Shown here: in pieces, positions 1-7,576 of the stretch
Layout of the letters: each line of letters begins with the position of its first letter
Numbering within the stretch: position 1 is the stretch's first letter
Origin: Synechococcus sp.
GTDB lineage: Bacteria; Cyanobacteriota; Cyanobacteriia; Thermostichales; PCC-7336
Length of the DNA: 42,117 bases
NCBI GenBank assembly: GCA_051439605.1
Contig: JBFRWN010000088.1
Location: 1-42,117 of the forward strand
Direction of reading: 5' to 3'
The notes under the pieces: generated by a model
The model's database searches: none
Told to the model about the DNA's origin: nothing
The model's input: only the letters and a program-made list of their open reading frames with translations
Program-made: the position numbers and the translations under genes

Positions 1-112
1 GACTCCCTTTACTCGTTTGACCATGCTTGTGGACTTTGGGGGATTCACAAAAGGGGCAATTCATCTCTCATGACACATGCATCTACGCCTTCCATAATCC
101 ATCACACTCTTA
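1..112 (-). mobile_element. Left end of an IS1-family element with the transposase N-terminus (ATG at 64, runs off the window)
   Basis: The minus strand from 64 reads MNCPFCESPKVHKHGQTSKGS, the InsA-type zinc-ribbon start (CPxC..K.G....G.QR) of IS1-family transposases. The element end near 110-112 is approximate, inferred from where the attC sequence breaks off. Confidence 0.75.
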
Positions 113-162
113 GCTGAAGCACGACCACTATGAGTTCCGTCCGCTCCTGCGTAATGTTAGGC
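113..162 (-). other. attC: attC of cassette 3, 5' half only (interrupted by the IS1 element)
   Basis: Minus-strand R'' box GCCTAAC (162-156) lies just after the cassette ORF stop. CTGCCTAAC is nearly complementary to the cassette's first bases GTTAGACAG (1843-1835). The partner arm is missing because the IS begins. Confidence 0.65.
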
Positions 163-189
163 AGGCGGGTAAACCGTTTCACCAAGCTA

Positions 190-1749
190 TTAACCTGAAA
201 TATCCAAGTCAGAGAAAAAGCCATTGTAAACAGTATCCAAATATGGATTCATACAATCATCTTTAGAGTATTTTCTAGAGTAATAGTCTCTAAAGTCCAT
301 ACTATCTCCCTCAACATCGAGTTTCTTTTCTGTTAACGCTGAAATAAATTCCGTACCAACAATACCTAGAAAATATTCTAATTCCTCTACCGCAATAGTA
401 TGCCAATGATAGTCTTTAGGAATTGAAGGATACAACTGTCTAATCTCATCTCTCAAAATCGAATTAAGAAAGTAAGAGCGGTCATAAGTGACTACTAACC
501 GCTCAGTTATCTGAATATTATCGGACTCATTGGGGTAAGTACACAAACCGTTTTCTAGGTCATGTTCAAATTCATACATCTGATGGACGCCAGATCCAAT
601 ACTTTTAGTAAGATTATCTTGGATCTCTTGTAGTTCACCCCATTTCTTTGCATTCAAGTAAAGCCCTGCTTGTTTCACCTCTATTAAAACAGTCAAACCA
701 TTTTGGATAACAAACCAATCTGGTGTATCCTTTGGTTCTTTGTTAGTCCCATATCTCCATTCTTGTTTTACATTATTCTCACCAAAGACTTCTTTGAGCA
801 GCAAGCCAACGTATTGTTGAAAAACATATCCAAAGTAACGTCGAAATGGATTTCCTTTATCAGTCCTAAAATAGTCTGCCAATAAAAAATAAAGCCCTCT
901 AGTTACTTTTTCATAAATCAAAGATGGTATAGGTGTTATGTAAACTTGAGAGAAACCAGGGTTGACGTTTCGATCTGGAATAATTGCTGGTTTAAGATAG
1001 AGGGGATTAAATCGAAATTTATTGTAGCTTACATCAGGTGGAATGTCGTCTCTCGACTGAGTTCGAAAATCTTGGTAACTACAAGAAACAAAATCCACAA
1101 AGGCTTGCTGTTTTTCAAGTTTAAAGTATTTTTTGGTAGAGTCAGGATACTTTTCTAGTTCATCATATAAACTAAAAAAACCTTTTTCCGCTTTACCTGT
1201 AAATGCCAGAGCTAATATAAGGATTTCCTGTAAAGTTAAACCAGAAATGTCTTGAATCGCAGCATCTACGTCAACCTTACTCTTATCCGCTACAGTATTC
1301 CATAAGTCTCTATATATGATTAAAGTCCTTGGTAGTAGATGACGAGCTTCACGATCATAGTCAAACTGAGATGCACCAAATCTAACAAAACAGCCTTGGG
1401 GATTACTTTCATCTTCTTCAAAAGGATCTGGAAGCCCAAAAAACATATCAATTGCTTTCAATAGCTCCTTTATGGTCATATCTTTGCTACGGTAATCGTT
1501 GGAATTCTCAATCAGTAGCATTGACAAATAAGCCAAGACCCCATTAAAAACCGGTACGCCGCTTTCATAACATACTCCTTGATTTGACTTGTGAATATTT
1601 TTGGATATCTCTCCTATAAGTCTAAGAGCATCGCAAAGCTTAAACTGTCTAAGATATTGGGCTATGTCACCTGCAGAATAACGCCTATTTCCTTTAGGCG
1701 AGTAAGTGATTATATTCTTACCTGCAATATTTCCTTCAAACCTACTCAT
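190..1749 (-). CDS. Integron cassette protein with a C-terminal PD-(D/E)XK nuclease-like region
   Basis: Long AT-rich ORF (track 190-1767; ATG at 1749 preferred). Motif FQQYVG...TPDWF...LIEVKQ resembles a PD-(D/E)xK active site. Flanked by attC sites. Confidence 0.7.
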   Translation of the reverse strand: MSRFEGNIAGKNIITYSPKGNRRYSAGDIAQYLRQFKLCDALRLIGEISKNIHKSNQGVCYESGVPVFNGVLAYLSMLLIENSNDYRSKDMTIKELLKAIDMFFGLPDPFEEDESNPQGCFVRFGASQFDYDREARHLLPRTLIIYRDLWNTVADKSKVDVDAAIQDISGLTLQEILILALAFTGKAEKGFFSLYDELEKYPDSTKKYFKLEKQQAFVDFVSCSYQDFRTQSRDDIPPDVSYNKFRFNPLYLKPAIIPDRNVNPGFSQVYITPIPSLIYEKVTRGLYFLLADYFRTDKGNPFRRYFGYVFQQYVGLLLKEVFGENNVKQEWRYGTNKEPKDTPDWFVIQNGLTVLIEVKQAGLYLNAKKWGELQEIQDNLTKSIGSGVHQMYEFEHDLENGLCTYPNESDNIQITERLVVTYDRSYFLNSILRDEIRQLYPSIPKDYHWHTIAVEELEYFLGIVGTEFISALTEKKLDVEGDSMDFRDYYSRKYSKDDCMNPYLDTVYNGFFSDLDISG

Positions 1750-1836
1750 AATACTTAGCTCTTGCACAATTCAAAGCTGTAATGAAGCTATTCAACATTC
1801 ATTACAGCTTAAAAATGGAGTCAGGTTAGCGAATCT

Positions 1837-1926
1837 GTCTAACGTTTGGGTTAACTGGGCCCGAACAGAAAACATTGAGTACAATTATTGCGTTTTTGAG
1901 GGCTCCGGTTCAACCCGTTGTTATAC
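1837..1926 (-). other. attC: attC site of cassette 2 (intact)
   Basis: Minus strand: R'' GTATAAC, then GGGTTGAACCGG pairing with CCAGTTAACCC with one extrahelical base, then R' GTTAGAC. About 90 bp imperfect inverted repeat. Confidence 0.9.
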
Positions 1927-1965
1927 GGTGGTAGATTCCCCAACACGGAGTATAAGGGGATAGCG

Positions 1966-3123
1966 ATGAAAGACAAGTTTCATGGGCATTACACACCGTC
2001 GGATGACGAATTTGCGTCGATCTGGTCTGACGCAATAGTCGTTGTTGACGCAAACGTGATGTTGAATCTGTACACGTATTCGTCGGCAACTGCAAATGAA
2101 GTCATTGAGTTGCTCGCAGAATATTCTGAGCGATTATGGTTGCCGCATCAAGTTGCCGCCGAATATCACAAAAACCGTTCCGGAATAATTTTAAAGGAAG
2201 CAAAACGCTACGAGGAGATGCGCAAAATTCTCGATCGAGCGGGTGGAGAGCTAAAAGCAAAGCGCCGACACCCATACATCGATCCAAACCTTGCAACGAG
2301 ATTTGAAGAAGTCGTATCTGAAGTGCAGTCGGCCTTGAAAGTCGGGGAAGACAAACTTCTCGGTCTAGTTTCAAATGATGACATCTGCACAAGAATCACA
2401 ACGATTTTTGACGGCCGTGTCGGCGATGAGTGGGATGAAAAGGCACTAAAGGAGCTATTCATTGATGGAGCGCAGAGATACGAGGACAAAGTGCCGCCCG
2501 GCTATGGAGATTTGAAGAAACCTGAGCCAGACAGATATGGGGATTTGATTATCTGGAAGCAATTGTTGAGTCACGCTGAGAAAGAGAACAAACCAGCGAT
2601 ACTTGTGACCGACGATCAGAAGCGCGATTGGTGGGCCATTGTGAATGATCGACGCATTGGGCCACGTCCAGAATTGCGTCAAGAATTTCGGAGAGTCACG
2701 GGAAATGACATGTACCTGTACTCAACAGAATCGTTCGTGGAACGCGCGAAGGAGCTTGGGAAAGAAGTTTCTGATGAGGCGGTTCAAGAGATCGAACGTG
2801 CCGCCGACGAGAGAGCACGGCGTTTTGCGGCATTGAGGGATGCTCAGGTTTCCGTCGATGCAGGCCTCATTAAGGAGCGAATTCTAGAGACTCTTGCGCG
2901 GCCAGCCTTCGACGTGGAGCGGATTCTAGAGGCACTTGTGCGACCATCCATTGATGCGGAACGTATCCGGGAGATGTTAACGCGATCACCAGTTGATTTG
3001 GAACTGATTCGCAATGCGCTATCTCAACGATCTATCGAAGCGGACGAATTGCGCAAATTGGTTGATCGAGAGCAAGAAGACCCGCCAGAGGACGAACACA
3101 AAGAAGACACAGAGAAGGAATAG
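1966..3123 (+). CDS. PIN-like domain protein (DUF4935/PIN_8-type putative RNase), cassette ORF in reverse orientation
   Basis: Motifs VVVDANVMLNLY, LWLPHQVAAEY, PPGYGD, YGDLIIWKQ, LVTDDQKRDWW and GPRPEL are typical of this family. ATG 1966 follows an AAGGGGA RBS. Confidence 0.85.
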   Translation: MKDKFHGHYTPSDDEFASIWSDAIVVVDANVMLNLYTYSSATANEVIELLAEYSERLWLPHQVAAEYHKNRSGIILKEAKRYEEMRKILDRAGGELKAKRRHPYIDPNLATRFEEVVSEVQSALKVGEDKLLGLVSNDDICTRITTIFDGRVGDEWDEKALKELFIDGAQRYEDKVPPGYGDLKKPEPDRYGDLIIWKQLLSHAEKENKPAILVTDDQKRDWWAIVNDRRIGPRPELRQEFRRVTGNDMYLYSTESFVERAKELGKEVSDEAVQEIERAADERARRFAALRDAQVSVDAGLIKERILETLARPAFDVERILEALVRPSIDAERIREMLTRSPVDLELIRNALSQRSIEADELRKLVDREQEDPPEDEHKEDTEKE

Positions 3124-3129
3124 GGAGCC

Positions 3130-3322
3130 GTATAACGGCCCCCGGAATAACCGGCGAGAACCGGAGGCGCGAAGCGGCGATGTGTTTTTGTCCGGTTCAT
3201 TCCGTTTGTTAACCTGAGTTCGACGTAAGCTCGAGTCCTTATTCTCTCGTAGCCTGTAACCCTGATTCTTTTGTCAAATAGTCGAAAATAGACCCTTATA
3301 TCGAACTCAGGTTTGTTAGGGC
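3130..3322 (-). other. attC: attC site of cassette 1, split by a MITE
   Basis: Removing 3212-3312 and one TSD copy gives minus-strand GCCCTAAC-AAAC-GGAATGAACCGG...CCGGTTATTCC-GGGGGCC-GTTATAC, with R''/L''/L'/R' boxes and an extrahelical G. Confidence 0.85.
3212..3312. mobile_element. 101-bp MITE with IS982-like ends
   Basis: Terminal inverted repeats ACCTGAGTTCGACGTAAG (3212-3229) and CTTATATCGAACTCAGGT (3295-3312) match at 16/18. A 6-bp TSD TTGTTA sits at 3206-3211 and 3313-3318. No transposase. The IS982 assignment is from recall of cyanobacterial IS ends. Confidence 0.85.
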
Positions 3323-3324
3323 GC

Positions 3325-4020
3325 TCAGCTTTCCTTCTGTAGATCTGTCTTCGCTGCCCATCGATCTCGATGGTGGACAATGAGTCCAGCGATCATCGCC
3401 GTTCCGATCACCAACTCCATCCTGGGAACTCGATCCTCCAAAGGAGCAACTACCTTGGGATTCTCCTTGATGTAGTCGATCACCTCGGCCGGACTGCTGA
3501 ACATCTTCTCGCCCTCCTCTCCCAAGGGCTTGTCGAGTTTCAGAATCTGACCGACCGCATCCTTAAAGAGGACTTCGAGGGCCATGCGATTGATCCCAGT
3601 CGGTACTCCCGGACCAAGATCGAAGATCGCCCGGATCAGATCCCAGTTATCCCTGAGTCGAAAGGCTTCGCCAGAGTGGGCCACCTTGTTTCGAAGATCG
3701 CGAAGCTGATTGATCGAGCCCCCAAGGTCGAGGGGAATGAGGCCGCAAACGAGAGCAATCTGGACCTTTCCTGAGAAGGTGCTCAGAGTTCCTGGATAGC
3801 GCAACAGACTCTTGAGCTCTTTTCTGCTGAATCCAGGCGGCGCGATACGCTCAAAGCACCGCTTCAGGAGTTCATCAACGTAATTGGAACAGATCAGGAC
3901 GGCACCCCGATCTGACTCATTCAGAAGCTCTGGCACCGCTGCGAATATCTCCTCCACTTCGACGTTGTCGAGAAAGTGGGCCTCCCCGTTCTCTGTATTA
4001 GCTTCTTCGCCGTGCTTCAT
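3325..4020 (-). CDS. MtlR-like/HEPN-domain cassette protein
   Basis: NESDRGAVLI...VDELL...LSTFSGKVQIA...GLI...LRDLRNKVAH is the MtlR-family pattern with an Rx4H HEPN motif. First cassette next to the attI region. Confidence 0.75.
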   Translation of the reverse strand: MKHGEEANTENGEAHFLDNVEVEEIFAAVPELLNESDRGAVLICSNYVDELLKRCFERIAPPGFSRKELKSLLRYPGTLSTFSGKVQIALVCGLIPLDLGGSINQLRDLRNKVAHSGEAFRLRDNWDLIRAIFDLGPGVPTGINRMALEVLFKDAVGQILKLDKPLGEEGEKMFSSPAEVIDYIKENPKVVAPLEDRVPRMELVIGTAMIAGLIVHHRDRWAAKTDLQKES

Positions 4021-4083
4021 TGAAGGACCCTCAGTCTGGCAAGGAATCGTTCCAGAGCAGCCTGACCCTATCTGTGTCGGACT

Positions 4084-4247
4084 AGCGCCCTACCTAATTA
4101 AGTAGAAAGAAAATTTCTACCTATGATCCCGCTTCGGGTGATTAGGTGGAAAAAATTCAGCCTAATACCCTTCTCAGGCTGTTTAGGTGGAATTACGTCA
4201 GTCTAACACCCCGATTTTGGGTGATTAGGCTGAAAGATTCCATATAA
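4084..4247 (-). promoter_or_regulatory. attI: attI region with four tandem imperfect palindromes (putative IntI-binding sites)
   Basis: AGCGCCCTA (4084-4092) is complementary to the cassette-1 R'' side TAGGGCGCT (3317-3325), which marks the junction. TTAGGTGGAA-like half-sites at 4098, 4142, 4183, 4225 and TTCAGCCTAA-like half-sites at 4115, 4156, 4197, 4238 repeat with a period of about 41-44 bp. Confidence 0.6.
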
Positions 4248-4313
4248 TCATCCTTCCTGCTGAAGACCGCATCTATTTAGAGTCAATGCATAAATCTATA
4301 CGCTCCCTACTGA

Positions 4314-5285
4314 ATGCAGTCCCACTCCCGTCCCAAAAAACTACTCGATCGAGTACGCGATGCGATTCGCGTTAAACACTACTCGTACCGGACGGAACAG
4401 ACCTAAGTGCGATGGATTCAGCGTTATATCTTGTTTCATAACAAGCGCCACCCCAAAGACATGGGAGTCCCAGAAATTGAGGCGTTTCTAACCCATCTGG
4501 CTGTTAAACAGCACGTCGCTGCTTCCACGCAAAATCAAGCCCTCAGCGCACTTATCTTCTTATACAAACAGGTTCTCCAACTCCCCTTGGATGACAGGAT
4601 CGATGCCATCAGAGCTAAGCGCTCTCGTAAACTGCCCACAGTCCTGACGGTCGAGGAAGTGCGTTCGGTCATTCGGCAGATGTCTGGCGTCCACCGGATT
4701 ATTGTCCAGTTGCTTTACGGCAGTGGATTGCGGTTGCGGGAAGCAATGCAGCTACGGATCAAAGACTTGGGCTTTTCCCAGCATCAAATTCTCGTGCGGG
4801 ACACAAAGGGTCAAAAAAGCCGAGTGACCGTGCTACCGGCCAGTATTTCTGACGAGCTGCAAGAACACCTGCAAGGTGTCCGACGCCTTCACCAACAAGA
4901 TTTAGAGCGGGGCTACGGAGCCGTGACACTACCCTTTGCCCTAGCCAGAAAATACCGCAATGCCAACCGCCAATGGATCTGGCAGTTCGTTTTCTCATCC
5001 TCAAGCCTCTGCCAAGATCCTCGCAGTGGAGCCGTTGTCCGCTATCACTTACACGAAAGCGGATTGCAAAAGGCGGTCAAGCAAGCAGTCCGCGATGCTG
5101 GATTGCAAAAGCGGGTAGGCTGCCACACGTTTCGTCATAGCTTTGCGACCCACCTTTTAGAAGGTGGCTACGATATCCGGACCATTCAAGAGTTGTTAGG
5201 CCGTAAAGATGTCAAAACAACCATGATTTACACTCACGTCTTGAACAGAGGAGGGCAAGGGGTACAAAGCCCTCTGGATAGGTGA
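4314..5285 (+). pseudogene. intI: Integron integrase IntI, inactivated
   Basis: ATG 4314 gives MQSHSRPKKLLDRVRDAIRVKHYSYRTEQT*VRWI, with an in-frame TAA at 4404-4406 where Tyr is expected. The IntI-specific patch LPFALARKY...WIWQFVF, LYGSGLR, HTFRHSF and IYTHV are present. The conserved LGH reads LGR (CGT 5202-5204). Confidence 0.93.
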
Positions 5286-5334
5286 AGGATTTCAATTAAA
5301 GGATTTGTACGGCTACGTCGATGATTTATCATCT

Positions 5335-5649
5335 TTAGCGACTCAGCAAAACCCCCAGGACTCCCGCAAAAATACCTTCACCAACAGCTCCGATCGCCCG
5401 ACCAGCCAATCCGATCGCCCCAACTACCACCGCAAACGCAACCTTCAACAACAGCCAAAGCCCCTTCCCTAGCAGCCCCAACAATCGCCGCAGAGAACCC
5501 CAGAACTGACCCGACTTCCCTTCTCGCTCGTCTCGATACTTTTCAAAGCTGCAACCGTAAGCCTGTCGAAACTGCTCTTCCGTCCAGAAGCGCTGGCTCC
5601 CATCCGGCAAGTGCTCCACAATGCTGTAGTCCAGAATCTCGTCTTTCAT
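5335..5649 (-). CDS. Small membrane-associated hypothetical protein
   Basis: ATG 5649 (MKDEILDY) follows a GGAGG RBS. Hydrophobic Gly/Leu-rich C-terminus. Confidence 0.6.
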   Translation of the reverse strand: MKDEILDYSIVEHLPDGSQRFWTEEQFRQAYGCSFEKYRDEREGKSGQFWGSLRRLLGLLGKGLWLLLKVAFAVVVGAIGLAGRAIGAVGEGIFAGVLGVLLSR

Positions 5650-5656
5650 TGCTAAA

Positions 5657-5787
5657 CCTCCCGTTCCCCCTGCAAAAAACTGCCAGCCACTCCGCTGCAA
5701 TCAAGGGCCGGTTCCCTTTCCGCTGCGCTCCACCCTTGACTGCAGCAAAGCCTCGTCTGGCTTCTTTCTATTAAGGGGAAGGGAGGG
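5657..5787. promoter_or_regulatory. Long imperfect hairpin, ssi/Frpo-like
   Basis: Arms CCTCCCGTTCCCC/GGGGAAGGGAGG, GCCAG/CTGGC and GCTGCAATCAAGGG/CCCTTGACTGCAGC surround a loop containing CGCTGCGCT. Confidence 0.5.
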
Positions 5788-5792
5788 GGGAA

Positions 5793-7574
5793 TCATCCTT
5801 GATGCCCTCTCACTGCAGAATTCCTGTTAGCCCCTTCAGGCCCCGGCATTCGAAAGCCCTTGAATGGAGAAGACGCATGCTTGGGGGCGGGCAGCAGTCG
5901 TTCTGCTTCGTCGTAGCGGCACTTCAACTCTCCCTCCGACATCGGCTTCCCTTGATGCTTCCGTCTCAATCGCAGCAAATCTTTCTCAAACCTAGCTCGC
6001 GATCGCTCCACCTCCGTTAATTCCCGTCTGGAAATGCTGACAGACAATCGGGCGGGCAAGCTGGCCTGATGTTTGCTAGCCAAGCCAGGAGAAACTGCAA
6101 TGCAAGAACCGGTGGGCAGGGTAAGGATCTGATTGGTATCGAACAACTTGCGAGTACGGTCCTGGTCGCTGACATTGCTACTCCCCTTACCGCCACTGTG
6201 TCCTCTGGATTTCTGCTTCAGCCGCACGTCCTCTTCCCCTAGATACTTTGAGAAGGTTTCCGCCGCCTCGAATTCCTGCGGATTGAAACACATCTTCGTC
6301 CCTGCCCCTGCCATCACGATCCGCGCTCCCTCCTTCCCCCACATCCGCTCCAGCTGCGCCAGATTCTGAAATCCCAGCAGCCCCACAAACCCGTCCTCCC
6401 GACTTTCATTCAACCAGTGACCCAAGCGAGGCAGATAGAACGTGGTCAGCTCGTCGAGAGCCACCACCAGCGGTCGAGATCGCCTCGCAGACACGTTCCG
6501 CTCCACGATCAAATGCAAGATCGTCGCTACCAGCGGACCCACCACATCCCGCCGCTGCCGGTCCATCCCGAACACCAGCATCTGCCTGCCCTGGAAATCC
6601 AGAGGCATAGTGGTCTTGCCGCAGAAGGCTGACAGCAGCCCCGGTTTCATAAACCGATTGAAATTCACAAACGCCGTACTGATAATGCTCCCAATGGTTT
6701 CGGGACTTCCCGCCGTCGCGATCAACTGCCCGAAGCTGGTTTTTACCCAGTAATTCAGCTCCGCTTCCGACAAGCGGGCTGCCAAATTCTCCAGCTGCAG
6801 CAGGCAAGTGCAGGTGGTGATATCGGGATAGCGAGAGCCCTTCGCCAGCATCAAAATCGCCTCGGTCAGTTGAACGCCAGCGTTATCGAAGAAGGGATTG
6901 TCGGCAGAGACGGAACCGGTACTGCTGGAGATGCGTTTGAAATTGGCATTCAACACCTCCGCCAGCTGGCGAGCCGTTTCTGCATCCCCTTCGCTGTCGA
7001 GAAAATCGAGGGGATTGCAGGTGACGGATTCGGGATAGCCGGGAGCAAAGATAGAGACTTCGTAGCCGCGATCTCGGGCGAGACCGGCCAAGCGGGAGGT
7101 TTGGCGGGGGTATTTGAAGTCGTAGAGCAGGATGGGAAAACCCTGCCGGATTGAGGAGCGCACCAGAGGCTCGATCGCGGAAAAGGACTTGCCGGAACCG
7201 GGGCCGCCACAAACCAACACCCCCCGCTGAGCGTCGGGAACGTAGAAAGTTTTGGCATGGGGAGGGTGAATGTATTGGGACTTGCCCCGACTTTTGACGG
7301 TCTTTGCCTTGGGCGGTTCGCCAATCCACAGCGCCACTTCGTTGTGGGTTTGCTGCTTCAGCTGAGCGATCGCCAGCTTTCTGGCGCGGGTGCGTTCTCT
7401 AGTTCCGGCAAACTTACCCCGAGCGATCTGCCCTTTTGGCTTGCGAGGAACCAGCCCCAAAAGAGCCAGCAGAACGACGCAGCCAATCAGCAGCAGACCG
7501 TTGGGGGATGTGGCAAAGGAGCCGAGTTGGTGAGTAATGGAATTCGTTGCAGATTGGGAGGTTGGTTCGGCCAT
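5793..7574 (-). CDS. virD4: Type IV coupling protein (VirD4/TraG family)
   Basis: N-terminal TM, Walker A GGPGSGKS, LYDFKYP, CNPLDFL, Walker B VVALDE, GFQNLAQL, TKMCFNP. Confidence 0.9.
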   Translation of the reverse strand: MAEPTSQSATNSITHQLGSFATSPNGLLLIGCVVLLALLGLVPRKPKGQIARGKFAGTRERTRARKLAIAQLKQQTHNEVALWIGEPPKAKTVKSRGKSQYIHPPHAKTFYVPDAQRGVLVCGGPGSGKSFSAIEPLVRSSIRQGFPILLYDFKYPRQTSRLAGLARDRGYEVSIFAPGYPESVTCNPLDFLDSEGDAETARQLAEVLNANFKRISSSTGSVSADNPFFDNAGVQLTEAILMLAKGSRYPDITTCTCLLQLENLAARLSEAELNYWVKTSFGQLIATAGSPETIGSIISTAFVNFNRFMKPGLLSAFCGKTTMPLDFQGRQMLVFGMDRQRRDVVGPLVATILHLIVERNVSARRSRPLVVALDELTTFYLPRLGHWLNESREDGFVGLLGFQNLAQLERMWGKEGARIVMAGAGTKMCFNPQEFEAAETFSKYLGEEDVRLKQKSRGHSGGKGSSNVSDQDRTRKLFDTNQILTLPTGSCIAVSPGLASKHQASLPARLSVSISRRELTEVERSRARFEKDLLRLRRKHQGKPMSEGELKCRYDEAERLLPAPKHASSPFKGFRMPGPEGANRNSAVRGHQG

Positions 7575-7576
7575 AC

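Noticed and set aside
3024..3380. 118-aa minus-strand ORF containing AYVELRL
   Set aside because: It runs across the MITE and attC; the peptide is just the translated inverted repeat.
4098..4247. Periodic repeats as a CRISPR array
   Set aside because: The repeats are short and degenerate, the intervals are too short for spacers, there are no cas genes, and the position fits attI.
4407..5285. 292-aa ORF as a functional integrase from GTG 4407
   Set aside because: It lacks the conserved N-terminal 30 residues present upstream of the stop and also carries LGH->LGR.
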